Assembly (NCBI GenBank): GCA_963555755.3
Contig: OY820905.2
Location: 672,001 to 736,000 of the forward strand
Source: Nitrospirales bacterium
GTDB taxonomy: Bacteria; Nitrospirota; Nitrospiria; Nitrospirales; UBA8639
Reading direction: 5' to 3'
Length of the DNA: 64,000 nt
The stretch's first letter is position 1; every line of letters begins with the position of its first letter. A model generated the notes under the pieces. It was not told where the DNA came from, did no database searches, and was given only the letters and a program-made list of their open reading frames with translations. Below are positions 31,755 to 42,365 of the stretch, one piece after another. Position numbers and translations under genes: made by a program.

Positions 31755-34384
31755 CTATTTCGAATACACCGCTTGTAGCATATTGAGGTTTGGTTTGTTT
31801 GGATATAATAAGAAACCTCCAGCAGCATTGGAGAGACTGGGGCCCTGATCTAAGCGTGGTAGATCAAAATTAAAGCGAGCGTTTGAAAGGGGTCCAGCAA
31901 GTCCTAAGGGTACGACAGGCAAATTGCTGAGCGTATCCCCTACAAACCCTCCTGCTAAATCAAGTCCTGAAGAAAGAACTCCTTGCGCAGTTCCTCCTGC
32001 TATAACACCCAAGGCCCTACTGCCTGTGGCAGCAACCACAGGGCCAAAAATTCCGGATACAGAGAGCGGTGCAGAAAGGGTAGAAGTCACTGCAGAGGAT
32101 AGACTAAAATTATCAAAGACATTGATTGGCTGATTATTTCTGACATCGGTAATAGCATTACCGGCAAACTGCCCAGCCACGTTTCCAGATAGACCGAGGA
32201 TAAAATTCGCTGCAATCGAACCAAAACGGTTTGACAACGCCGGGTTATTGCTAAAGAATCCAGTCACAGCCCCAACTACCCCTCCTACGCCTCCTCCGAT
32301 AACCCCCTCGACGACACTCTCATTCTTGGCAAAACCCGTAACCGCACCACCGACCAAACCGGAAAAGAACCCTATAGCAGCTCCTGGAGCATTAACTTTC
32401 CCACTCGGATCATTCGCATTAATCGGGTTATTCCCAACATACGCATAAAAATTCACATCGCCTGCACCAAACCCCAATGGATCTTCGGTAAGGAACCGCC
32501 CAATTGATGGATCGTAGTAACGCGCTCGATAGTAGTAGAGCCCAGTCTCTGCATCGCGCTCGCGCCCCGTGTAACGCAGCACTGAACAGCTCGCACCGGC
32601 CCCATCACGCTCACTCCCAAAGGGCGCATACTGCGTCGTTTGGATTGTTGCTCCCTCGTGTCCCGAGAGTCCAACAACCGATCGCAGCGAATCATGGGCG
32701 TAGGTGTAGTTGGTCCACACGCCCTGTGGGTCGTACTGATAGCCATTCACGATTTCATCGACCACGACGCCCCGGAAAAACTGTGCCGGTTGGTGGCTCC
32801 CCGTCACCTTTTCAACATGCTCTCCTTCGAGAAGATAGTCCGCCGTGACGCCTGGGCCGGCTTTGCTAATGCGGTAATCCATGGGGTCGTAGGCATAAGT
32901 AAAGAGATCTCCGCCGGTGATCATTTGCGTGATGCGGCCTTTGGCATCGGTGGTGTAACTTTGCAGGAGTGTGCCGATACCATCACGGCGCTCGCTCATG
33001 TTGCCTTCATCGTCGAAATTAAACTGATTCACTAAGGGACCGGTGACGCTCCCATCTCGAATTTCGAGTAGCCGATTCCCTTCGTTATAGATGTAGGCTT
33101 GGGTAGTGGTACCTATGATTTGGGTGAGGCGATTGCCGACTTTGTCGTATGTGTAGTTATAGGTATTTCCAGCGCCTGGATAGACCGCATCGGCCAGGCG
33201 ATACAGAGGATCGTAGGTAAACATTGTCGTGCCTTCGCTAGTTGTGACCGTTTGGATATTTCCTACACGATCCCGAATGTAGGTCTCCTCCCCCACAACA
33301 CTGCCACTGGCATGGTCGGTCTTCAGACTTACCAGCCGGTTATTGTCGTCATAGCCATAGGACGTTGTGGTCCCATTCGACAGTATTCGCGTCAGCAACC
33401 GGCCAGCAGGATCATACTGATACGATACTTCGACGTAGTCGGGATTGCGCATGCTGACTAAACGATTGGCGCTATCGTAACGATAGTCCGTTATAGCCCC
33501 CTGGTAATCGGTCTTGGTTGACACGTTACCGACTTGATCATAGGTGTACTGTAACGAGTTGGTAATTACGGACGGTGGACGATTATCCATCTTGGTCGTC
33601 ACTCGATGCTTCGTATCGTAGGCAAAGGTATAGGTGACGTCGTCATTTTTCACCATAATTCGGTCGCCAAAGTGATCGTAGGCAAAATCTTCTTGGTAGG
33701 TCACATTTCCACTCACTAGATATTCTGCCTTCACAACACGATTCAGATCGTCGTAGGTGAAACGTGCGACTTCATCTTTGCGATTTGTCCGCGTCAGGAC
33801 ATTCCCGGCCTGGTCATAGGTTAACGTTGTTACTTTATCGGTGGGTGTCTCGATCAAAGGATCGGTCATCGTGACCAGCCGACCAAGATCGTCAAAAGTA
33901 AATATTGTGCTTCGGCCTTCTGCATCAGTCACGGATGTACGATTCCCTAACAAATCATAATCAAATAGCGTGTCACCGTTGAGGGCATTGCGCTCTAGGA
34001 TTACTCTGTTTAATTCGTCGTATTGCCGAGAGAGTGTGGCGCCATCATTATTAATTGGCTGGAGTGCAGCCGTCGCGTTCGCATCCGTCAGACTGATAAG
34101 GTTTCCATTACCATCGAAAGCCTGTTCCGTTTCAAACCCCAATGGATCTGTCGTTTTGATGTGACGACCCAGGTTATCGTAGCCGAATTGGGTGATTTCC
34201 CCATTAGGATCAATGGTCTTAATTTTTCGACCAGCAAGATCATACGCCGATTCCACTCGATGTCCTGTGGCATTGATGACTACCGTTCTTCTTCCCATCG
34301 CATCATATTCAAATCGCGTGATATGGCCATTGGCATCAGTTATTTCAATGAGATTCCCGGCTTCGTCATGGCGAAACTGTGTTG
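31755..34384 (-). pseudogene. Rhs protein, 5'-truncated by IS1380, with G/A-rich hydrophobic domain and YPNKPN tail
   Basis: YD repeats stay in frame to the IS end (TQFRHDEAGNLIEITDANG); NNPINANDPSG. Confidence 0.9.
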
Positions 34385-35971
34385 CCCAAGATCCGCGATG
34401 GATTTATTTTGGGCATAAAAAAACCTCGTTGATTTGCTAAGATACGGGTGCCCACCCACTTAGCCACTCCTCACCAACGAGGTGAAACGAATGATGCCAC
34501 AAACCGTTCTTCCGTTCAAGCTTGAGCCCACCGACGAACAGCTCACCGCTCATGGCGGGCTGGCGCTGTTCGGGGAGTTTCTCCAAGCCATGAATGTGCC
34601 CCGGCAACTCAATGCGGCCTTGCCCGCGCCCGGGAGCCGCATCGGCTATCACCCCGCCCAATTTGTCGAGCCCCTGCTGCTGATGTTGCATGGCGGGGGC
34701 CGGACGCTGGAGGATCTGCGCCAGATTCGCGAGGATGCGGGCTTGCGGGCCGTGCTGCGACTCCCCGTGGTTCCCAGTGCCGATGCCACGGGCGATTGGC
34801 TGCGACGCATGGGGGAGAAGGATGGTTTAGCAAGTTTAGCCGTCGTCAATCAGCAGCAGATCCGGCGGGCGTTGAAGCGGGAACCGCGCACGGACTATAC
34901 CCTCGATCTTGATGCCACGCAGATTGTCGCGGAGAAGCAGGCAGCCAAATGGACGTACAAGGGGGAGCGAGGCTATCTGCCGATGCTGGGGCACCTGGCG
35001 GAAAATGGGCTGGTGCTTGGGGAGGAGTTTCGTGAAGGGAATGAGGCTCCGGCGTCCCGCAATCTTGAATTCACCCAGGCGTGTGCGGCGCAGATGCCCA
35101 AAGGCAAACGGATTGCTCATGTGCGGGCGGATAGTGCGGCGTACCAAGCGGAGTTGTTCAATTGGTGCGAGGAGCACAACGTGACGTTTGCGATTGGGGG
35201 CGTGCAGGATACGGCCGTGCAGGCCGCCATTGCCGCCATCCCTGAGAGCCAGTGGCAACCCTACCGAGATGGCCATCTCGCTGAAACGGTACATTGTATG
35301 GCGAAGACCAAGCAAGCCTTTCGCCTCATCGTGTTGCGACGGCCCGTGCAACAGGATCTGTTTGCCCCCGAGGCCCCCAGCCTGCGCTACACGCTGATTG
35401 CGACGAACCGAGACGGAACCCCTGAGGAGATTGTACGATGGTACAACCAGCGGGGCGAGACCAGCGAGAATCGCATCAAAGAACTGAAGAGTGGCTTTGG
35501 CATGGAACGGCTTCCGTGTGGGACCTTCGCGGCCAATGCCGTCTTCTTTCGCATTGGCGTGTTAGCCTACAACCTGTTTGTGTTGTTCAAGTTGTTGGCG
35601 TTGCCCTATGCCTGGAGCCAGTGCCAAGTGCGCACGGTGCGTTGGCGGCTGTATCAGGTGGCGGGCAAAGTGGTCCGGCATGCTGGTGCCGTGATCCTCA
35701 AAGTGCAACAACAGCTGTGGGGCTTGTGTGAGGAGATTCGGACGCGCTGTGCAGAAGCTGCCCAGCCTTATTAAGCCGGGGCAGGGGACAGCACAAGAGA
35801 AGAAGGAAGCAGGAAGGGAGTGGTCTGCCCAAAAGGCTGGTCGATCCCATGTCAGGACAGGCAACTCTGGGAGGTGGCTCAAATCCAGCCAGACCATTGA
35901 CTAAGCAACGGCGCGAACACGTGGGTTTTGCCAAAGGACCTCTGTTGACCAAACCCATCGCGGATCTTGGG
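34385..35971 (+). mobile_element. IS1380-family element, apparently intact transposase 34482-35774
   Basis: TIR CCCAAGATCCGCGATGG; LTAHGGL, LDLDAT, VRADSA, YNQRG.SENRIKELK motifs; no TSD. Confidence 0.92.
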
Positions 35972-36218
35972 AACTGCGTCCCGGTTGTGTACGAGCCGCC
36001 GGCAAAGTAAAATGGCCGGCGACTTCCAGCTCACGCAGCGCCTTCAGGCATCCGCCCCGTTGTTCCTGACCACGGACGTCGTAGAATTCAAACTGCTTGC
36101 ATACACGTGAGGCCAGTTCGCTTCGGTGAGGGATTTCGTTGCTCTCAAGCAGACTGCAAACATATTCTATGCGCGTGGACTCCGACAGAGTCGGTTTAAT
36201 TTGGTTTTGTGTGTTCAT
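35972..36218 (-). pseudogene. N-terminal fragment of a transposase-associated protein (DUF4338/IS4-type), cut by IS1380
   Basis: RSELASRVC..F...D.RG.....GCLKALRELE..G.FTLP pattern recognised from memory. Confidence 0.55.
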
Positions 36219-36426
36219 GCCGCAAGAATACGCGACACGGGTACTGTTGTTCAGTCTTTATTTATGGGGAAAGGGCAGGGCTAGCCTCACTCCACCAAAA
36301 TTGTGATTGATCCAAAGAAAGCTGCTGTCCAGGAACGTCTGGAAAAACTGGAATATATCGTGGTTGCGAATATACAGCAGGCACAAAAACTTCCAGACGT
36401 GTTCTTCCCTGAAAAAAGTGGTGTGG

Positions 36427-37824
36427 CTAAGGCTCTAGCGTGCGCTGACAGGTATCGAGTTCCCCTTCGAGATAGGAACGGATGGTGGTGAGCCTACCTT
36501 GGGAAGTGGCTTCGAAACGAAGGACTAGGGCAGGTTGAGTGTTTGAGGCACGAATGAGGCCCCACCCATCGTCGAACCGCACGCGGATGCCGTCGATGGT
36601 CACGACGTCACGAACGACTAACTGAGGTCGGGTGGGATCAGGGTTTTTATGCAGGTCAAGAAAACGGTTACGTACTTTTTCGACCAACTTAAATTTCACA
36701 TCGTCGGAACAATCCACGCGAATTTCCGGTGTGACGGCTGTGATCGGTAAATCTGCCAACAACGAGGAGAGCGGTTTCCGTTTTTTGGCGAGAATTTCTA
36801 CAAGCCGACACGAAGCGTAGATCGCGTCATCGTAACCGAAATACCGATCGGCGAAGAACATGTGGCCCGACATTTCTCCGGCTAACACGGCGTTCTCTTC
36901 TTTCATTTTGGCTTTCAGAACAGAATGCCCCGTTTTCCACATGATGGCACAGCCTCCACGTTTTTCAATATCGTCATAGAGGAGTTGGGAGGCTTTGACT
37001 TCGGAGATAAATGTGCTGCCGGGTTGAGTTTCCAACATGTCGCGAGCAAAGATGAGCATCAACCGATCGCCCCAGAGAATATTGCCTTTTTCGTCAATGG
37101 CTCCGATTCGATCGGCATCTCCGTCATATCCAATGCCCACATCTGCGCCCTGTTCCTTCACCGTGCGAATGAGGTCTTGAAGGTTCTCCACAACGGTTGG
37201 GTCGGGATGATGGTTCGGGAAACGCCCGTCCAGGTCGCAGTACAAGGCGGTGACTTTGCACCCCAATTGCTCTAGCGCATCCTTTGCGACCAAGCTGGCT
37301 GCGCCATTGCCGGAATCGATCACGACATGGAGCGCCGATCCGTCAACCCTGGCAAAATTCTCTTTCAGATAGGCCATGTATTGTGGAAGAACTGGCGTCT
37401 CTGTCACGGTACCAGCCCCTGTGGCATACCGGTGGTTATCCAGAATACACTTTAATTGTTGAATCCCTTCGCCATACAGGGCGTCTTTGCCTACACACAT
37501 TTTAAAACCATTGTATTCCGCAGCATTGTGGCTTCCCGTGATCATCACGCCACCATCAACGGGAAGGGTGAACAATGAAAAATATAAGTGCGGTGTCGCA
37601 CAGACGCCGATATCCACAACATTCATCCCGGTTGAAATCACGCCAATAATAAATCGATCTCGCAATTCCAGAGAGGTCAATCGACCATCCCGACCTACCG
37701 CAACGGTTTTGCAACCTCGTTCAAGGGCCAAGGTCGCATAGGCACGACCAATGGACTCTGTCACCTCGACCGTCAGATCTTTGCCCACAATTCCACGAAT
37801 GTCATACTCGCGAAAAATGCTCAT
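36427..37824 (-). CDS. algC: Phosphomannomutase/phosphoglucomutase
   Basis: IFREYDIRG, ITGSHN, DGDADR, GEMSGH, RASNTQP motifs. Confidence 0.93.
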   Translation of the reverse strand: MSIFREYDIRGIVGKDLTVEVTESIGRAYATLALERGCKTVAVGRDGRLTSLELRDRFIIGVISTGMNVVDIGVCATPHLYFSLFTLPVDGGVMITGSHNAAEYNGFKMCVGKDALYGEGIQQLKCILDNHRYATGAGTVTETPVLPQYMAYLKENFARVDGSALHVVIDSGNGAASLVAKDALEQLGCKVTALYCDLDGRFPNHHPDPTVVENLQDLIRTVKEQGADVGIGYDGDADRIGAIDEKGNILWGDRLMLIFARDMLETQPGSTFISEVKASQLLYDDIEKRGGCAIMWKTGHSVLKAKMKEENAVLAGEMSGHMFFADRYFGYDDAIYASCRLVEILAKKRKPLSSLLADLPITAVTPEIRVDCSDDVKFKLVEKVRNRFLDLHKNPDPTRPQLVVRDVVTIDGIRVRFDDGWGLIRASNTQPALVLRFEATSQGRLTTIRSYLEGELDTCQRTLEP

Positions 37825-37855
37825 GAATATCTTCTCCTCATTTCAACCGGCTCAA

Positions 37856-37978
37856 GGGAATGTTCAAAAAGGTGCGTCCAGCAAGGCCGCAGGCCCTTTG
37901 GCGCGCGGAGCGTACAGGCCAGTACGTGAGCACGACAAAGGGCCGAGAACGCTGCTGGCGCCCTTTTTCAACATTCCC
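37856..37978. mobile_element. MITE family B, short form
   Basis: TIR GGGAATGTTCAAAAA / TTTTTCAACATTCCC; 5-bp TSD CTCAA containing the manC stop. Confidence 0.85.
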
Positions 37979-37979
37979 C

Positions 37980-39428
37980 TCAATATTTTTTCGTGCGCCC
38001 ATAATCATCCTGATACCGTACGATATCGTCTTCGCCGAGATAGGGCCCATTTTGAACTTCAATAATTTCTAAGGGGACTTTCCCAGGATTTTCCAAACGA
38101 TGCTTTGTTTCAACGGGAATGGCTGTGCTTTTCCCGGGACCAAGATCGGAGACCTTGTCCCCACACGTCACACGGGCGGTCCCTGCGATGACGACCCAAT
38201 GTTCACTTCGCTTGTGATGCAGTTGAAGCGAGAGCCGGCCTCCGGGCAACACACTAATACGTTTGACTTTATACCCTGGGCCTTCTTCCAGAACGGTATA
38301 CGATCCCCAGGGCCGATAAATGGTCACATGTTCCAGATGCTCAGGAGCTCCGCGACGTTTGAGTTCTTCGACAAGTTTTTTCACATCCTGCGATCGGGAC
38401 TTAGGGCAGACTAATGTGGCATCCGGCGTATCCACCACCACCATATCCGATAACCCTATGGCTCCGACCAGTCGTTTATCCGTAAAGAAGACCGTGTTCT
38501 TACTATCCAATTCCACGACGTTTCCGGTTTTCACATTGCCGCGCGTATCACGAGGAACCACCTCTTCGAGGCTTCCCCAACTGCCAACATCGGACCAAGA
38601 GAAATCGACCGGCACCACGGCTGAATGGGAAGACTTCTCCATGATCCCATAGTCAATCGAGACCGATGGTAGTTTTTTATATCGCGCGGCAAACAGATTC
38701 CCGAGTTTGCCTGATTCCATCATCTTGTCGATGGCCTGTAATCCGCGAAGTAACGCGGGTTGGTGGCGAGCGAACTCTTCCAATACCGTAGAGGCTCGCC
38801 ATAAAAATATGCCGCTGTTCCAATAATAGTTGCCGGACCGTACATATTGTCGCGCCTTCTTTAAATCGGGTTTTTCCACAAAGCGTGCGATCTTATACCC
38901 TGACAAGGTCCCCTGCGTTCCCAGTCGAGTCCGACGATTCGGTTGAATATATCCGTAGCCGGTTTCCGGTCTCGTCGGTTGAATGCCAAAAGTCACCAAA
39001 CTTCCTTTTTGCGCTAATTGATAGCCTACCGAGATGGCATTTTTAAATTTGGCATCACCATGAATGACATGATCTGCGGGAAGCACCAGCATGGTTGCGT
39101 CGGGATCACGCCGGATTAATCGAAGCGCAGCCAACCCAATGGCCGGCGCCGTATTACGTCCTTCTGGCTCCAAGACAAAATTGTCCGCCAGGTCATCTTT
39201 CCATTCTGATAATTGCAGTTTGATGGATTCCGCTTGAAAATGGTTGGTCACAATACAGATGTGATGAACCGGCACTGATTTCAGCACACGGCGAACCGTC
39301 TGCTGAATCAAGGTCTCTTCACCAATAATTTGAAGAAGCTGTTTGGGAAACCGCTCCCGGCTCATGGGCCAAAATCGCGTCCCACTTCCTCCAGCAAGAA
39401 TCACGGCATACAAATGTGGTTGTTTCAT
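37980..39428 (-). CDS. manC: Mannose-1-phosphate guanylyltransferase / mannose-6-phosphate isomerase
   Basis: ILAGGSGTRFWPMSR..PKQ, EPEGRNTAPA, RPWG cupin domain. Confidence 0.95.
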   Translation of the reverse strand: MKQPHLYAVILAGGSGTRFWPMSRERFPKQLLQIIGEETLIQQTVRRVLKSVPVHHICIVTNHFQAESIKLQLSEWKDDLADNFVLEPEGRNTAPAIGLAALRLIRRDPDATMLVLPADHVIHGDAKFKNAISVGYQLAQKGSLVTFGIQPTRPETGYGYIQPNRRTRLGTQGTLSGYKIARFVEKPDLKKARQYVRSGNYYWNSGIFLWRASTVLEEFARHQPALLRGLQAIDKMMESGKLGNLFAARYKKLPSVSIDYGIMEKSSHSAVVPVDFSWSDVGSWGSLEEVVPRDTRGNVKTGNVVELDSKNTVFFTDKRLVGAIGLSDMVVVDTPDATLVCPKSRSQDVKKLVEELKRRGAPEHLEHVTIYRPWGSYTVLEEGPGYKVKRISVLPGGRLSLQLHHKRSEHWVVIAGTARVTCGDKVSDLGPGKSTAIPVETKHRLENPGKVPLEIIEVQNGPYLGEDDIVRYQDDYGRTKKY

Positions 39429-39730
39429 AAAAGGCCTCAGGCAAAGACAATCAGGTGATGTTGTATTCGTTTTCCCTCAATACCTACCACTTCCCGCTTC
39501 TTAGTACTTTTTTCGGATATTTCCCACCAAATCTGAAGATACCCAACGGGAAAAACCTTCACCAAGGAAGGACCTGAGAGAAAATAACTTGGACAATATC
39601 GCGCCAAGATTTGGGTCGGATTTGGACGGAACGATTGAGGAAAACCCGAGGCATAGCACAGCTATGTTGAGGGTTTTTCGATTGAGGCCCGTTCAAAGAT
39701 GGCCCGAAGATTGGATGCGAGATGTCCAAG

Positions 39731-40285
39731 TTATTTTCTCTCAGGTCCTAAGCCACGCTTTGATTGAGCCGCGAGAATCATATCCGCGAGTTCCCGGACT
39801 GCTCCTTCTCCCCCCTTGGCATTACAGACATAGTGTACGGATTTTCGGATTTCAGGTCGCCCGTCAGCCGGAGACGCGGAAAAACCCACGGCCTGCAACG
39901 CCTTGAAATCATTGATGTCGTCCCCGATAAAAGCCATTTCCTGAAGGGTCACGCCATACCGTTTTCCTAACTCTTTCAGAACCCCAAGTTTATCCCACAC
40001 ACCTTGATGCACTTCGGTGATTTGTAACTTTTTCGCCCGCTGCGCGACGAGTTTTGTTTTCTCCGTGGTGATAATTCCTAAAATGAGACCAGCCTGCCTC
40101 ATGAGGGCTAAGCCCATGCCATCCCAGACATTGAACCGCTTCATCTGTTGACCGGAATCAGAATAGTACATCCCACCATCGGTCAGAACACCATCGACGT
40201 CTGTGGCAAACAGACGAATCCGCCGCAGTTTGGCCTGAGCAGGCATCCGTCGCTTGGATAATTTTGGTGGTGATGATTGGGCCAT
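39731..40285 (-). CDS. kdsC: KDO-8-phosphate phosphatase (HAD IIIA)
   Basis: DVDGVLTDG, F...DGMG, IGDDIND, GGEGAVRE; start trimmed to exclude the MITE. Confidence 0.88.
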   Translation of the reverse strand: MAQSSPPKLSKRRMPAQAKLRRIRLFATDVDGVLTDGGMYYSDSGQQMKRFNVWDGMGLALMRQAGLILGIITTEKTKLVAQRAKKLQITEVHQGVWDKLGVLKELGKRYGVTLQEMAFIGDDINDFKALQAVGFSASPADGRPEIRKSVHYVCNAKGGEGAVRELADMILAAQSKRGLGPERK

Positions 40286-40311
40286 AGGCAGCTTGACTCG
40301 CAATAAGATAA

Positions 40312-40468
40312 GGGCTCGCGCAACAATAACTTCCCATGTTTGGGTGCTGAGACGCCTGTCTGGCAAGGCGCGAGGACTGCGCATACTCTCCGTATGAAAA
40401 GGACGAGCAACGCAACCAGTCAGGATGGATCGACGCCAAAACTTGGGAAGTTATTGTTGCGCGAGCCC
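40312..40468. mobile_element. MITE family A
   Basis: TIR GGGCTCGCGCAACAATAACTTCCCA perfect at both ends; TAA TSD. Confidence 0.88.
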
Positions 40469-40584
40469 TAATTAAAACACACTCCGGATTTTATGCAAAG
40501 AACAATTTTATAAGTCTGAACACTGCACAATCAATTGGAATTGTCGAGCGGGATAGACGACGAGACTATTATTGGGAAAGTCGC

Positions 40585-42333
40585 TTATGAGACGGCTGTG
40601 GTCTGTGAGGATTTGGAACGAATTTTGGCAGATCGGGGATCGAAGATTTTAAGGAGATCAAGATCTTTTTCCTCTTCACTTGTCACAGGGGTGAGTGAAA
40701 TATCCGTATAGGTGTGCCGATCAGGGGAACGCTTGACGCGATTTCGAATCTTTCCTAGCTTCCAGAACAACGTCATTAACGCGACATGCTCATAGCCTAT
40801 TTCCCAAAGTCGACGCGGGTAAAATACAATCGGATTTTCTAGAGGAAAGATCGGACGCCGCTGCGTACGCACTTTACGCCGAAAATACCCACCTTCCAAC
40901 GGATGTAGTTTATTGATGGTAATACACCCATAAAATAACACGATCAACGTCTTGAGAAAACCGCCACTGATCCGCTTGGCATCAACCCGACGCATTAGAG
41001 TTTCAACATGTTCAGGGGTATAAAATTGATCCCACGCATCCCTATACATTTTACTCCACTCTTCCTTTGACATGAGGGGATGTTCCATCGTGACATGCTC
41101 AAGAGTATATTTGTTCATGTCTGGGTCCATCCACACGCCTTTGGCGGCAAGATTCTTATGGTCCTCAGAACCTGGCAGTGGTGTAAGACAAAAGAATTCA
41201 AGCAAGTCTACCGGCAATTCCCGTTTGATAATATCAATGTTCCGAGCCACGGATTCAGGAGTATCTCCCGGAAATCCTAAAATATACCCAGCATAGGTAA
41301 TGACCCCATGGTCTTTCCACGCTTGCAACATTTTTCTATATTCCCAGATCTTATTTTGTCCCTTCTTCGCGATCTTCAAATTTTCGGGATCAATATTTTC
41401 AAGTCCAATGAATACCGACTTGCATCCTGCACGAGCGGCTTTTTCAATGAAATGAGGAAGACGATGGCATCCGGTATCAACCTGAATGATAAATTTTACT
41501 TTCAAATTTTCTTCTTCTCGGAGTTTGATGAGACGATCAAAAATAGCTTCCCAATTTTTATTTCGAGCAAAATCGTCGTCGGTGATAAAGAACCCACGAG
41601 CACCTTGCTTGATATTAGCTCGAATACACGCCTCAATATCATCCGGGGTGCGCCAACGCGACTTTTGCCCTTGCACATTAATAATGGTGCAAAAACTGCA
41701 TTGAAACGGGCACCCACGTCCTGCATCAAAACTCCCCATATTCACGAGCGATTTTTGAAATTTTCCTTTTGGCAAAAAAGGCACGACGGCGTTGGTTAAT
41801 TCGGGCAGATCGTTGAGGTGATTGTACAGACGTTGAAGCGTACCTTCCCACACATCCCGCAATACCGAATCCAGGCGTCCCTCGGCCTCTCCTGCGTAGA
41901 GGGAGATTCCCATCTCCATCGCCGCCTGAAGATCGGCTGGGATTTCAGAGAGCATGGACAAACACCCACTCACATGAAATCCGCCTAGGACCACTGGAAT
42001 CCCAGCTTCACGAAAAGGACGGGCAATTTCTATAGAACGCGGAAAGTGGTTGGATTGCACCCCCACAAGTCCAACGAACCCACCATCCGCGTGTTGAATG
42101 TCTCGAATAATCTGTTTAATTGGTATAACCGTATTCGTTTCATCATGGGCGTCGATGACAATCTCAACATCGTCGCCAAGCACCTTCCGATTCGCACAAT
42201 CCGTGGCTAATGCATACAAGACAGCCAAAGAATTGGATGGAATAATGGATCGGACCCATTGAACGACATATCCATCCTCATCGTAGCGAGAAGGTTTAAT
42301 GAATATGATCCTGAAGGTTTTTGTGGCAGTCAT
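40585..42333 (-). CDS. B12-binding-type radical SAM protein, paralog 2
   Basis: GRGCPFQCSFC CxxxCxxC; VVLGGFHVS; ITDDDF; GYILGFPGDT. Confidence 0.88.
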   Translation of the reverse strand: MTATKTFRIIFIKPSRYDEDGYVVQWVRSIIPSNSLAVLYALATDCANRKVLGDDVEIVIDAHDETNTVIPIKQIIRDIQHADGGFVGLVGVQSNHFPRSIEIARPFREAGIPVVLGGFHVSGCLSMLSEIPADLQAAMEMGISLYAGEAEGRLDSVLRDVWEGTLQRLYNHLNDLPELTNAVVPFLPKGKFQKSLVNMGSFDAGRGCPFQCSFCTIINVQGQKSRWRTPDDIEACIRANIKQGARGFFITDDDFARNKNWEAIFDRLIKLREEENLKVKFIIQVDTGCHRLPHFIEKAARAGCKSVFIGLENIDPENLKIAKKGQNKIWEYRKMLQAWKDHGVITYAGYILGFPGDTPESVARNIDIIKRELPVDLLEFFCLTPLPGSEDHKNLAAKGVWMDPDMNKYTLEHVTMEHPLMSKEEWSKMYRDAWDQFYTPEHVETLMRRVDAKRISGGFLKTLIVLFYGCITINKLHPLEGGYFRRKVRTQRRPIFPLENPIVFYPRRLWEIGYEHVALMTLFWKLGKIRNRVKRSPDRHTYTDISLTPVTSEEEKDLDLLKIFDPRSAKIRSKSSQTTAVS

Positions 42334-42365
42334 GAAAGAGGCGCCCTTTTTTTCAAGGTCCTGGG

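Noticed and set aside
12619..32400. Assigning specific Ntox/Imm family names to toxin tips and partner genes
   Set aside because: Cannot be supported without profile searches
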